Of a DNA stretch of 64,000 nucleotides, positions 23,371 through 36,253 are shown one piece after another. Where the stretch lies: positions 5,518,001 through 5,582,000 of the forward strand of contig CM075989.1 in assembly GCA_038087875.1 (NCBI GenBank). The letters are read 5' to 3'. The translations under genes were made by a program, and so were the position numbers. Position 1 is the stretch's first letter. The number at the start of each line of letters is the position of its first letter. The notes under the pieces were generated by a model. The model was not told the origin of the DNA. It saw nothing but the letters and a program-made list of their open reading frames with translations, and ran no database searches. This stretch comes from Malacoraja senta (taxonomy: Eukaryota).

Positions 23371-24019
23371 AAGAAATGTATTCTTGAAGGCCGGCCCCTC
23401 ATCTTGACTGTGACTCCCCCCCCCCTCCTCCCTTAGTTCTCGACTCCTCAGGCAGGACAAGCGTTAACAGCAGCCAGGCGTAAAGAATTTCAGTGAGATC
23501 ACCGCTTTAAAAAAACACACAAAGTGCTGGAGTATCTCAGTGGGTCATGGCTAGGTAGTATCTCTGAGAACGTGCATGGGTGATGTTTTGGGTTGGAACC
23601 CTTCTTCAAACTGATGGTAGTCGGGATGGAGAGGGGGAGGGGGGGTGAACAATCTGCTGGAAAGGGACGAGGGGGGGGGGTGGGGGGGATCACCACACAG
23701 CACTGTTTAAAGCCTGACATTAGCCTCTAAACCGAGAAATATGTCACCATCAACTCATATATTGCTAAATGCACCACATCCCTGCTAATTGCCCAGCACC
23801 AATCCCCATCAATCAGGGCTTATACTTCATCTTCTTTGGAAAAAGAAAGTCAAAAATCCTACGTCAATCAGAGACATTAACTGTTTCTCTTTCCGCAGAT
23901 GCTGCCTGACCAGCTGAGTAGTTCCAATGCTTTTCTGTTTGGATTTCAGATTTGCAGTACCTGCAATTTTGATTAGTTTACAATTAACCTTCCACTGTAT
24001 CCCCACGGGGTAGTCCAAG

Positions 24020-24275
24020 TGAGAGATTGAAAGGAATTTCTTTAGCCTGGGGGTGGGGAACCTGTGGAACCTATTGCCACAGACAGCTGTGCAGACCAAG
24101 TCATGGGTATTTTAAAGGGAAAGATTTACCGATTCCTGATTAGTACGGGTGTCAAAAGTTATGGGGAGAAGGCAGGAGAATTGGGTGAGAGGGAACAATA
24201 GGCCAGTCATGATTGAATTGCAGAGTGGACTAGATGGGCCGGATGGCCTCATTCTGCTCCTATGACTCATGAACT
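24020..24275 (+). mobile_element. CR1 3' fragment
   Basis: CR1 C-terminus and 3' UTR. Confidence 0.75.
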
Positions 24276-24308
24276 ACTTCCAATCAGATATCCAACTGCA
24301 TAAGAAGT

Positions 24309-24550
24309 CGGCACGGTGGCACAGCGGTAGAGTTGCTGCCTTGCAGTGCCTGAGACCCTGTTCTCCCTGTGACTGCGTGGGTTTCCTCTGAGTGCTCCAG
24401 TTTGCTCCCACACTCAAAGACGTCCAGGTTTGTAGGTTAATTTGCTTCTGTAAAATTGTAAATTGTCCCTCGTGTGTAGGATAGTGTTCGCTGGTCGGTG
24501 TGGACTCGGTGGGCCTATTTCTGCGCTGTATCTCTAAAGTCTAAAGTAAA
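24309..24550 (+). mobile_element. V-SINE (internally deleted)
   Basis: A box, V-domain and tail. Confidence 0.8.
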
Positions 24551-24922
24551 GTGGATGAAGACTGCAAGTCACACACATGCAACGACATTGTGTAGAATAC
24601 TTGGGCCATAACAGGCACACCCTCTACATTGCACAAGCACTCATTGACATCGTTTCAACTCGCTTGCATGACAATCTCGTGTAAAACTGGAAGTGGAGGA
24701 TCTGAATGGATGGTGGATGTCAAGCCACCATATCCTGGTACTTCTGGGGGAGAGAATGTTGGCCAATATCAGGACTCTTGTTCCTGACACTGTGCCATGT
24801 TCGGGCTGAACACACCTCCAGATTCAGGGACAGTTTCTTCCCAGCTGTTATCAGGCAACTGAATCATCCTACCACAACCAGAGAGCAGTGCTGAACTACT
24901 ATCTACCTCATTAGTGACCATC

Positions 24923-25052
24923 ACTCTGAAGAAGGGTCTCGACCCGAAACGTCATCTATTCCTTCACTCCATAGATGCTGCCTCACCCGCAGAGTTTCTC
25001 CAGTATTTTTGTCTACCTTCAATTTTTCCAGCATCTGCACATCTTTCTTAAA
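24923..25052 (+). mobile_element. Solo Penelope pLTR with intact hammerhead motif (24926-24953), inside a LINE 3' tail (24810-25245)
   Basis: CTGAAGAAGGGTCTCGACCCGAAACGTC...ttcttaaac. Confidence 0.8.
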
Positions 25053-25455
25053 CACTCAGACTATCCTTGATCAGACTTTACTGGCTTTACCTTGCACTAA
25101 ATGTTATTCCCTTATCATGTATCTGTACACTGTGAATGGCTCGATTGTAATCATTCATTGTCTTTCCACTGACTGGATAGCACACAACAAAAGCTTTTCA
25201 CTGTACCTCGGTACACGTGACAATAAACTAAACTGAAACTGTAACTGTACTGATGTTATTGATTGCTAGTTACCTAATCACTCTTGTAGGAGAGAATTTT
25301 GTGCTATGCCTGTGGTTTGTGTATGGGGTTACTCAGAAAGGTGCAGGCATAAAATAAAACAGCTCATAGATCAGTGGTGAGTCTATTGAACAAGTCAGTT
25401 TGTTGGATGCCTTAACAGTGCGCACCAGTGATAACACTTTACTGAGCCCAATGTC

Positions 25456-26211
25456 AGATTCAGAATCAGAATCAGAATCACACTTTATTCGCCAAGTATG
25501 TTTTGCAACATACGAGGAATTTCATTTGCCAGGTCAGTCATACAATTAAAAGCAACAGATCACTCAAAAACACATTTTAACGTGAACATCCACCACAGTG
25601 ACTCCTCCACATTCCTCACTGTGATGGAAGGCAATATAAAATTCGTCTTTCCCTTAGTTCTTCTTCGGTCGTGGGCCTCGAGCCCCCGTTGACTGGTCGA
25701 TCTTGTCTCCCGTAGCCGGTGGCGTTCGGGCCCTCAGCCGTCGAGGCGATCTGTTCCCGCATCGGGGGATGTCAGCTCCCCTGCGCCGGGTGATCGAACC
25801 TCGTGTCGGGCTGGTCGAACCTTCCGCGATGTTGGAGCTTCCCGACTAGCCTCTCCAGACTGTGAGCTTGATGGTAAAGTCCGCAGGCCGTGGTGGAACG
25901 ATCCCAGGCAAGGGATCAGCTCCGGTGTTAAGTCCGCGCCCCGCGATAGGGCTCAAAGTCAGTCCGAGGAGGCCTCCAGCTCCATCGATGGAAGGCCGCA
26001 GAGCGCTCGGAGAATGTGATCCAAAAATTAATCACATCTCCGGCAAGTTAAGAACTTGAAAAAAAAGTTTCCCCCGATCCCCTCCCCCCACATAGAACAA
26101 ACCGAAGAACATTAAAACAAACTTCTAACACACTAAAAAATAACAATAAGAATGAAAAAACGAACAGACTGCCGGCAGGGCAGCCATCGCCCTGGCGCCC
26201 CCTGGTGGTCA
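25456..26211 (-). mobile_element. GC-rich non-autonomous retroposon (family A, CTCF head, Rex1-type tail)
   Basis: Closely similar inverted copy at 41327-42080; (TGATTC)n tail; tail stem resembles the Rex1 3' end at 27792-27856. Confidence 0.85.
26195..26208 (-). promoter_or_regulatory. Consensus CTCF-binding motif
   Basis: Minus strand TGA-CCACCAGGGGGCGC-CA. Confidence 0.65.
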
Positions 26212-26282
26212 GGGCTGCACACACTGCTGCTACTGATAGCCCATTACCTAATCAGCCTTCTCCCGTGTCCTTCCCCTTCAAC

Positions 26283-26637
26283 CTAGATGCAGGAAGATTG
26301 CTCCGATGTTGGGGAAGTCCAGGACAAGGGGTCACAGCTTAAGGATAAGGGGGAAATCTTTAAACCCGAGATGAGAAGAACTTTTTTCACACAGAGAGTG
26401 GTGAATCTCTGGAACTCTCTGCCACAGAGGGTAGTCGAGGCCAGTTCATTGGCTATATTTAAGAGGGAGCTAGATGTGGCCCTTGTGGCTAAAGGGATCA
26501 GAGGGTATGGAGAGAAGGCAGGTACGGGATACTGAGTTGGATGATCAGCCATGATCATATTGAATGGCGGTGCAGGCTCGAAGGGCCGAATGGCCTACTC
26601 CTGCACCTAATTTCTATGTTTCTATGTTTCTATGTTT
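26283..26637 (+). mobile_element. Young CR1 3' fragment
   Basis: Near-identical to 28272-28625; (TTCTATGT)n tail. Confidence 0.9.
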
Positions 26638-26655
26638 CACTGTGTATTTGTCAAG

Positions 26656-26950
26656 CGGTCGCGGTGGCTCAGCGGTAGAGTTGTTGCCTTACAGCTAATG
26701 CAACGCCGGAGACCCGGGTTCGATTCCGACTACGGGAGTTTGTACGTTCTCCCCGTGACCTGCGTGGGTTTTCTCGGAGATCTTCAGTTTCCTCCCACAC
26801 TCCAACGACGCACAGGTTTGTAAGGTTAATTGGCTTGGTAAATGTGAAAATTGTCCCAAGTGGGTACAGGATAGTGTTAATGTGCGGGGATCGCTGGTCA
26901 GCGTGGACCCGGTGGGCCGAAGGGACCGTTTCCGCACTGTATCTAAACTA
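26656..26950 (+). mobile_element. V-SINE
   Basis: Head, V-domain and tail. Confidence 0.85.
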
Positions 26951-27389
26951 CAAAAAATTCATCTAATTTAGCGCCAGAACGATAGACGGCCCCGATCATC
27001 TCCCTGTCCTTCAACACTTCCCAGGGCACCAATTGTTTACTCTGAAAGTCCTCCCGTAGTTTGTCTTCCCAAAAAGTGTCCAACTAACATTTTTTACAGA
27101 TGTTTTTCCGCGAGGTATGACCTTACACAGCATTGACTGTTGTGGGGATGATGGGGGCCAAAGTACGCCAAGAACCTTAGAGACAGGTGTACTGACAGAA
27201 CAAAAATCCTTCAGCTCCACTTCTTTCTTGGTTGGTGCAACCTAATTCTAACTGAGTGTGCAACCAACCAATGCCATTTTCAATAGATGATTCTGAAACA
27301 TTTCCCAGGCAGTTAAAAGGAAAACCAAAATATAAAGCTCCTCAATGGCCATTCTGAATAAAACTGTTACTGCTACTGTTTGCCATGCA

Positions 27390-27790
27390 CATCAATAATT
27401 AATAATTTGGATGAGAACATACAGGGCAAGATTAGCAAGTTTACTGATGATACAAAAGTGGGTGGTTTTGCAGATAGTGAAGATGGTTGTGAAAGATTGC
27501 AGCAGGATCTGGTTCGATTGGCCAGGTGGGCGGAGGAATGGTTGATGGAAGTTAATACAGAAAAATGTGAGGTGTTGCATTTTGGGAAGTCTAACATGGG
27601 CAGGACCTACACAGTGAATGGTAGGGCTCTGGGGAGTGTTGTAGAGCAGAGGGATCTAGGAGTGCAGGTGAAAGGTTCCTTGAAGGTGGAGTCGTAGGTA
27701 GATAGGGTGGTCAAAAAGGCTTTTGGCACAATGGCCTTCATCAGTGAGAGTATTGAATATAGAAGTTGGGTGGTCATGTTGCAGTTATAT
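27390..27790 (+). mobile_element. CR1 RT fragment (continues at about 34605-35530)
   Basis: INNLDENIQGKISKFTDDTKVGG..LQQDL..KCEVLHFG; reading resumes beyond the nested stack. Confidence 0.85.
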
Positions 27791-28370
27791 AATGAATGAA
27801 TAAGTTTATTGGCCAAGTACGTATGTACACATACAAGGAATTTGCCTTGGTGCTCCGCTCACAAGTAACAACACGACATACAGTAAACAATTAAGAATAA
27901 AACATAAAATATTAAAACATTAAGAAAAAAACATTATAGCTTAAACATTTGAATGAAGCAAAATACCAGAGCAAAAGGAGGCTACAGATTTTTGGTTATT
28001 GAGTAGAGCTACTACTCGTAGAAAAAAAAGCTGTTTTCATGTCTGGCTGTGGCAGCTTTGACAGTCCGGAGTCGCCTTCCAGAGGGAAGTGATTCAAAGA
28101 GTTTGTGGCCAGGGTGAGAGGGGTCAGAGATGATCTTACCCGCTCACTTCCTGGCCCTTGCAGTGTACAGTTCGTCAATGGGGGGAAGGTTGCAGCCAAC
28201 AACCTTCTCAGCTGATCGAACGATTCACTGCAGCCTCCGGATGTCGTGCTTGGTGGCTGAGCCAAACCAGACATAGATACATAGATACATAGAAAATAGT
28301 TGCAGGAGTAGGCCATTCGGCACTTCGAGCCTGCACCGCCATTCAATATGATCATGGCTGATCATCCAAC

Positions 28371-31200
28371 TCAGTATCCCGTACCTGCCTTCTCTCCATA
28401 CCCCTTGATCCCTTTAGCCACAAGGGCCACATCTAACTCCCTCTTAAATATAGCCAATGAACTGGCCTCAACTACCGTCTGTGGCAGAGAGTTCCAGAGA
28501 TTCACCACTCTCTGTGTGAAAACTTTTTTTCTCATCTCGGTCTTAAAGGATTTCCACCTTATCCTTAAGCTGTGACCCCTTGTCCTGGACTTCCCCAACA
28601 TCGGGAACAATCTTCCTGCATCTAGCCTGTCCAACCCCATAAGAATTTTGTACGTTTCTATAAGATCCCCTCTCAATCTCCTAAATTCTAGCGAGTATAA
28701 GCCAAGTCTATCCAGTCTTTCTTCATATGAAAGTCCTGACATCCCATGAATCAGTCTGGTGAACCTTCTCTGCACTCCCTCTATGGCTATAATGTCCTTC
28801 CTCAGATTTGGAGACCAAAACTGTACGCAATACTCCAGGTGTGGTCTCACCAAGACCCTGTACAACTGCAGTAGAACCTCCCTGCTCCTATACTCAAATC
28901 CTTTTGCTATGAAAGCTAACATACCATTCGCTTTCTTCACTGCCTGCTGCACCTGCATGCCTACTTTCAATGACTGGTGTACCATGACACCCAGGTCTCG
29001 CTGCATCTCCCCTTTTCCTAATCGGCCACCATTTACATAATAGTCTACTTTCCTGTTTTTGCCACCAAAGTGGATAACCTCACATTTATCCACATTATAC
29101 TGCATCTGCGAAACATTTGCCCACTCACCCAGCCTATCCAAGTCACCTTGCAGTCTCCTAGCATCCTCCTCACAGCTAACACTGCCCCCCAGCTTAGTGT
29201 CATCCGCAAACTTGGAGATGTTGCCTTCAATTCCCTCATCCAGCTCATTAATATAAATTGTAAATAGCTGGGGTCCCAGCACTGAGCCTTGCGGTACCCC
29301 ACTAGTCACTGCCTGCCATTGTGAAAAGGACCCGTTTACTCCTACTCTTTGCTTCCTGTTTGCCAGCCAGGTCTCTATCCACATCAATACTGAACCCCCA
29401 ATACCGTGTGCTTTAAGTTTGGATACTAATCTCTTATGTGGGACCTTGTCAAAAGCCTTCTGAAAGTTCAGATACAACACATCCACTGGTTCTCCCCTAT
29501 CCACTCTACTAGCTACATCCTCGAAAAATTCTATAAGATTCGTCAGACATGATTTACCTTTCGTAAATCCATGCTGACTGTCCAATGATTTCACCACTTT
29601 CCAAAAGTGCTGCTTTCGCATCTTTAATAACTAACTCTAGCAGTTTCCCCACTACCGATGTTAGACTAACTGGTCTGTAATTCCCCATTTTCTCTCTCCC
29701 TCCCTCCTTAAAAAGTGGGGTTACGTTTGCTACCCTCCTATCCTCAGGAACTATTCCAGAATCTAAAGAGTTTTGAAAAATTATCACTAATGCATCCACT
29801 ATTTCTGGAGCTACTTCCTTAAGTACTCTGGGATGCAGCCTATCTGGCCCTGGTGATTTATCGGCCTTTAATCCATTCAATTTACCCAACACCACTTCCC
29901 GATTAACCTGGATTTCACTCAGTTCCTCTATCTCCTTTGACCCGTGGTCCCCTGCTATTTCCGGCAGATTATTTATGTCTTCCTTAGTGAAGACGGAACC
30001 AAAGTAGTTATTCAATTGGTCCGCCATATCCTTGTTCCCCATGATCAATTCACCTGTTTCTGACTGCAAGGGACCTACATTTGTTTTAACTAATCTCTTT
30101 CTCTTCACATATCTATAAAAACTTTTGCAGTCAGTTTTAATGTTCCCTGCCAGTTTTCTTTCATAATCTATTTTCCCTTTCCTAATTAAGCCCTTTGTCC
30201 TCCTCTGCTGGTCTCTGAATTTCTCCCAGTCCTCTGGTATGCTGCTTTTTCTGGCTAATTTGTACGCATCATCTATTGCTTTGATACCATCCCTGATTTC
30301 CCTTGTTATCCACGGATGCACTACCTTCCCTGATTTATTCTTTTGCCAAACTGGGATGAACAATTTTTGTAGTTCATCCATGCAGTCTTTAAATGCCTTC
30401 CATTGCATATCCACCGTCAACCCTTTTAGAACTAATTGCCAGTCAATCTTGGCCAATTCACGTCTCATACCCTCAAAGTTACCTTTCTTTAAGTTCAGAA
30501 CCGTTGTTTCTGAATTAACAATGTCACTCTCCATCCTAATGAAGAACTCAACCATATTATGGTCACTCTTGCCCAAGGGTGACCATAATATTGCCCAAGG
30601 GTGCACAACAAGGCTGCTAACTAACCCTTCCTCATTACTCAATACCCAGTCTAGAATAGCCTGCTCTCTCGTTGGTTCCTCTACATGTTGGTTTAGATAA
30701 CTATCCCGCATACATTCCAAGAAATCCTCTTCCTCAGCACCCCTGCCAATTTGATTCACCCAATCTATATGTAGATTGAAGTCACCCATTATAACTGTTT
30801 TGCCTTTGTTGCACGCATTTCTAATTTCCTGTTTGATGCCATCCCCAACTTCACTACTACTGCTAGGTGGCCTGTACACAACACCCACCAGCGTTTTCTG
30901 CCCCTTAGTGTTTCGCAGCTCTACCCATACCGATTACACATCCTTCAAGCTAATGTCCTTCCTTTCCACTGCGTTAATCTCCTCTCTAACCAGCAACGCT
31001 ACTCCACCACCTTTTCCTTTCTCTCTATCCCTCCTGAATATTGAATATACCTGGATGTTCAGCTCCCAGCCTTGGTCATCCTGGTGCCATGTCTCCGTGA
31101 TCCCGACTATATCATAATCATTAATAGCTATCTGCACGTTCAACTCATCCACCTTATTACGAATGCTCCTTGCATTGAGACACAAAGCCTTCAGGCTTGT
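28371..31200 (-). pseudogene. CR1 ORF2: AP endonuclease plus reverse transcriptase (three ORF pieces)
   Basis: LNARSIRNK, ITETW, GGGVAL, MGDFN, SDHN; KSPGPD, NYRPVSLTS, QHGF, FQKAFDKV, GVPQGSVLGP, FADD; disruptions near 30934 and 29600. Confidence 0.93.
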
Positions 31201-31502
31201 TTTTACAACGCTCTTACCCCTTATACAATTATGTTGAAAAGTGGCCCTTTTTGATTTTTGCCCTGGATTTGTCTGCCTGCCACTTTTACTTTTCACCTTG
31301 CTACCTATTGCTTCCGCCCGCATTTTATACCCCTCTGTTTCTCTGCTCACCCATTTAAGAACCCCACCACCTCTTATTCTCTGTTTATTATTGTTTTCTT
31401 CTTCCCCCCCTACATGTTGGGTCTGAGTGCTTTCCTTCTCTGCCTCCTGCCTCACACACTGTCTAATAGATTTCTCTATTTGAGTCCGTCCCCCCAACCA
31501 TT

Positions 31503-32418
31503 CTAGTTTAAAGTCTCCCCAGTAGCCTTTGCAGATTTCCCCGCCAGGATATCGGTCCCCCTCAGGTTCAAGTGCAACCCATCCTTTTTGTACAGGTCGC
31601 ACCTTCCACAAAAGAGGTCCCAATGATCCAGAAATTTGAATCCCTGCCCTCTGCACCAGTCCTTCAGCCACGCATTTATCCTCCACCTTGCTCCATTCCT
31701 ACTCTCACTGTCGCGTGGCACAGGCAGTAATCCCGAGATTGTTACCTTTGCTGTCCTACTCTTTAACTCCCCTCCTAACTCCCTAATTCTCCTTTCAGGA
31801 CCTCGTCTCTTTTTTTACCTATGTCATTGGTACCTATATGTACCATGACCTCGGGCTCCTCTCCCTCCCCTTTCAGGATATCTTGGACACATTGAGACAC
31901 ATCACAGACCCTGGCACCAGGGAGGCAAACTACCATCCGGGTCTCCCGACTGCGTCCACAGAATCGCCTGTCTGACCCCCTAACTATAGAGTCCCCTATT
32001 AGTATTGCCCTCCTCTTCTTTTCCTTACCCTTCTGAGCAACAGGACCGGTCTCTGTACCGGAGGCCCGGCCGCTGTCGCTACCCCCAGGTAGGCTGTCCT
32101 CCCCAACAGTGCTCAAACAGGAGTACTTATTGTCAAGGTGTACAGCCACCGGGGTACTCACTAGTCCCTGCCTGTGCCCCTTGCCTCTTCCAACCGTGAC
32201 CCACTTGCCTGCCTCCTGTGGTCTTGGAGTGACCACCTCCCTGTAACTCCTCTCAATGACTTCCTCGCTCTCCCTGACCAGACGGAGGTCATCGAGCTGC
32301 TGCTCCAGGTTCCTAATACGGTCCCTTAGGAGCCCCATCTCGATGCACCTGGCGCAGATGTGGACGTCTGGAGGGCTATCAGACTCCATGACTTCCCACA
32401 TCTGACATCCAGAACAGT
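31503..32418 (-). pseudogene. CR1 ORF1: CxxC-CxxC zinc finger, coiled coil and SGNH esterase (frameshifted)
   Basis: CSGCQMW..CARC, LEQQLDDL, GDSIVRG, PGA, HIGTND, DGLHLN. Confidence 0.9.
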
Positions 32419-32495
32419 ATGTGGGTGTGGGAAGTCATGGAGTCCATGACAGACCATGATGGAGAAGGTGAGGATAGACTCAATGATGGTCGTAT

Positions 32496-33384
32496 CGGTG
32501 GGCGGCGCGACTATCGTTTGCAGCGGCCTCTGCAGTCCGTCTGTCTTTTTATTATTTTTGTCTCGTTTTTATGTAGTTTTTTTATTTTTTGTCGGGGTAT
32601 ATGTGTGGGGGGGGGGGGGGGGGGGTGGGGGTGGGGGTGGGGGGGGGAAACTTTAAAATCTTTCCCCTGCACGGGAGACCCGACCTTTTCTTTGTCGGGT
32701 CTCCGTTGTCGTTGGGGCTGGGCAACGTGGAGCGGCCTCCAGCAGGAACGACCTGGGGCTCCAGTTGCGGAGCTGCGGACTACTCACCGTCACGGGGCTG
32801 GCCGAGTCCGGAGCGGGTGGAGCTGTGGTGGAGACAATCGCTGCTGCTACCCGACCCCCGGAGATTCGGAGGCTACAACCGCGGGTCTGGCGGACGGCAA
32901 CACCGGAAGCCCGCGGGTCCCCTGGTGGGAGACCGCTTTTCGGGGCTTCCGCAGCGGAGATTTCTCCCGCCCGAGTTGCGGGGTTGAAGAGCACCTGGAG
33001 CGGGGCTTTACATCGTCGCCCCGCGCGGCTTGGAATGGCCGCCGGACTTTGCGAGCGCGCGCCGGGGCTCTAACACCAAGACCCGGTGCGCGACCTTGTA
33101 TTAACCGGCGTGGCTTTAATGGCCGCGGGATAATCACCATCGCCCGCCGGGGGCTTTGTGACTTTGACTCTGACATCGGGGGGGGGGGGGGAGTGCAGTG
33201 GAGAGATACGTTTTTTTTTGCCTTCCATCACAGCGCTGTGATGGATGTATGTGTAAATTATGTTGTGTCTCGGGTCTTCTTCGTTTTGTAATGTATGGCT
33301 GCAGAAACGACATTTCGTTTGGACCTCAAGGGGTCCAAATGACAAATTTGTCCAAAAAAAAAGACAAATAAATTGTATTGTATT
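32496..33384 (+). mobile_element. GC-rich non-autonomous retroposon (family A relative) inserted in the Rex1 element
   Basis: GTAT on both sides; T-rich tract, G-run, CpG-rich body, family hairpin at 33224-33245, tail atgacaaat..aataaa followed by (TTGTA)n. Confidence 0.75.
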
Positions 33385-34732
33385 GTATAGAATTGGACCA
33401 TTATTGCCTGTGGCAGATTGTGCTTCCTTAGCTGCCACAGGAAGTACATCCTCTGTTGTGCCTTTATGACTGTGGAGTCGATGGTAGCCCCCCATTTAAG
33501 GTCCTTGGAGATAATGGTTCCAAGGAACTTAAAAGACTTCACAGATGTGACTGTTGTGTTGTTGATGGTGAGTGGGGGGAGGGGAGGGGGAGCTCTCCTA
33601 AAGTCTACAATCAATTCCACTGTCTTAAGAGCATTGAGCTCCAGGTTGTTGCTACAGCACCAGGACACCAGCTGTGTCACTTCCTGTCTGTAGGCAGATT
33701 CCTCCCCATCCTGGATCAGTCCAATCAGGGTTGTGTCGTCCGCAAACTTGAGAAGCTTGACAGAGGTGTCTTTGGAGGTGCAGTCATTGGTGTAGAGAGA
33801 GTAGAGGAGAGGTTAGAGTATGCAGCCTTGCGGTGCTCCTATGCTGAGGGTCTGCGGGTCCGAGATGTCTTGTCCCACCCTCACATGCTGCTTCCTGTCT
33901 GTCAGGAAGATGGTGATCCACTGACAGAGGGGTTCAGGCACAGTCAGCTTGGAAAGTTTGGAGTGTAGTAGCTCTGGCACAATGGTGTTGAATGCAGAGC
34001 TAAAATCCACAAACAAAATACTTGCATAAGTCCCCTGGCGGTCTAGGTGCTGTAGGATGAAGAGCAGGCCCAGGTTGACTGTGTCATCCACTGATTGGCC
34101 CGATATGCAAACTGCAGAGGGTCCAGCAGGGGGTTTGTGATATTTTTCAGCTTGGCCAGCACAAGCCTTTCAAGGGTCTTCATGACCACAGAGGTCAGTG
34201 CGACAGGCCTGTAGTCATTAAGACCAGTAATCCTTGACTTTTTGGGTACAGGGACAATAGTGGAGACTTTGAAGCAGGCAGGGACAGTACAGGTTTTCAG
34301 GAACTGGTTGAAAATGTCTGTGTAGACTGGTGCCAGTTGTTCGGCACAGAGCTTGAGGGTAGAGGGGGAAACATTGTCCGGTTCCTGGAGATTTTCGGCG
34401 TTTCTGTCTTCTCAAAAGCCTCTCCACCTCCTCTATTTCTACTGTTGGTGATGGAGAAGTGGCCAGACTGATGTTGGGCAGCAAGGAGGGGGTGGGTAGT
34501 GGACGAGGGCCCAGTCTTTGCAGACTGGAGTCAGCCTGTGAGTAGGTGTGAAGTGCTGATTGGGGAGTGGGTACCAGGATTATGTTTCTGTTTATCGAAC
34601 CTGCAGTAGGACGTCGTGAGGCTGCATTTAGAGTAGAGTGTTCTGTACTGGACACCATGTTATAGGAAATATGTTGCCAAGCTAGAAAGGGTACAGAGAA
34701 GATTTACGAGAATGTTGTCAGGACTAGAGGGT

Positions 34733-35272
34733 AGAAACATAGAAACATAGAAAATAGGTGCAGGAGTAGGCCATTCGGCCCTTCGAGCCTGCACCGCCAT
34801 TCAATATGATCATGGCTGATCATCCAACTCAGTATCCCGTACCTGCCTTCTCTCCATATCCCCTGATCCCCTTAGCCACAAGGGCCACATCTAACTCCCT
34901 CTTAAATATAGCCAATGAACTGGCCTCAACTACCCTCTGTGGCAGAGAGTTCCAGAGATTCACCACTCTCTGTGTGAAAAAGTTTTTTCCTCATCTCGGT
35001 CTTAAAGGATTTCCCCCTTATCGTTAAGCTGTGACCCCTTGTCCTGGACTTCCCCAACATCGGGAACAATCTTCCTGCATCTAGCCTGTCCAACCCCATA
35101 AGAATTTTGTACGTTTCTATAAGATCCCCTCTCAATCTCCTAAATTCTAGCGAGTATAAGCCAAGTCTATCCAGTCTTTCTTCATATGAAAGTCCTGACA
35201 TCCCAGGAATCAGTCTGGTGAACCTTCTCTGCACTCCCTCTATGGCTATAATGTCCTTCCTCAGATTTGGAG
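34733..35272 (-). mobile_element. Young CR1 3' fragment nested in an older CR1
   Basis: Near-identical to 28272-28813; flanked by GAGGGT repeats. Confidence 0.9.
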
Positions 35273-36253
35273 ATATGGAGGGTGTGAGCTTTAGAGAGAG
35301 GTTGAGTAGGCTGGGACACTATTCCTTGGAGCGCAGGAGGATGAGAAGTGATCTTATAGAGGTGTATAAAATCACGAGAGGAACAGATCAGGTAGATACA
35401 CAGTCTCTTGCCCAGAGTATGGGGAATCGAGGACCAGAGGATGTAGGTTTAAGATGAAGGGGAAAAGATTTAATAGGAATCTGAGGGACTATCCCAAAGT
35501 TTAAGAAGCAGTTAGACAGGTACATGGATAGTGTGTAAGAAGGAACATCAAATGCTAGTTTAAACTGAAGAGAGACACAAAAAGCTGGAGTAACTCAGCA
35601 GGGCAGGCAGCATCTCTGGAGAGAAGGAATGGGTGACGTTTCAGGTCGAGACCCTTCTTCAGACTGGATAGGACAGGTTTAGATGGATATAGGCAAAACA
35701 CACGTAGGTGGGACTAGTGTAGCCCCAAAGCCCATATGTTACGCCCCTCTATGCATCAAATGACCGCCCCCAAGTGTCCAAAATAATACTGCTGGGAATA
35801 TCTAGACAAAATAATATAATATGCCAACAGGAGCTTACCTAAACAAGAATGGTTCCTACACCTGTCAACCCTCAGATCTTTGGTGCGTGGGAGGAAAACA
35901 GACCATGTGGTCACGGGGAGAACGTGCAAACTCCACGCCGATAGATAGCAAACGAGGTCAGGATTGATCACAGAGGGTCCTCGACCGGAAACGTCACCCA
36001 TTCCTTCTCTCCAGAGATGCTGCCTGTCCCGCTGAGTTACTCCAGCACTTTGTGTCTACCTCCGAGGTCAGGATTGAACTTGGTCACTGGAGGTATGAGG
36101 CAGCAGCCCAACCAGCTGCCCCGTTGTGAAGTTGCTCGGATTATTTCATTAATATATTCCCTTTTCTGTAGAACAAAAAATGTTCCTTCTAACGTAGTTA
36201 TCTCTGAGGATGTTGCCACCACTCGAGCAGGACTCGAGGGCGTGAGCTATCGG

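Larger units (their letters stand above)
28272..32418 (-). mobile_element. Near full-length young CR1 LINE (ORF1 and ORF2, frameshifted, 5' UTR missing)
   Basis: ORF1 zinc finger, coiled coil and esterase; ORF2 APE and RT; (ATCTATGT)n tail; apparent TSD CAGAC. Confidence 0.95.
27792..34600 (-). mobile_element. Rex1/Babar-type LINE, 5'-truncated, split into 27792-28271, 32455-32495 and 33389-34600
   Basis: RT motifs RKSPG, LFVDFSSAFNTI, GAPQGCIL, KFADDTT, LNALKTVELIVDFRR, KAQQRMYFL; tail ..cttggccaataaac followed by (TTCA)n. Confidence 0.85.

Noticed and set aside
32419..33291. 290-aa ORF
   Set aside because: Starts in junction filler and crosses Rex1 antisense and a GC-rich element; spurious.
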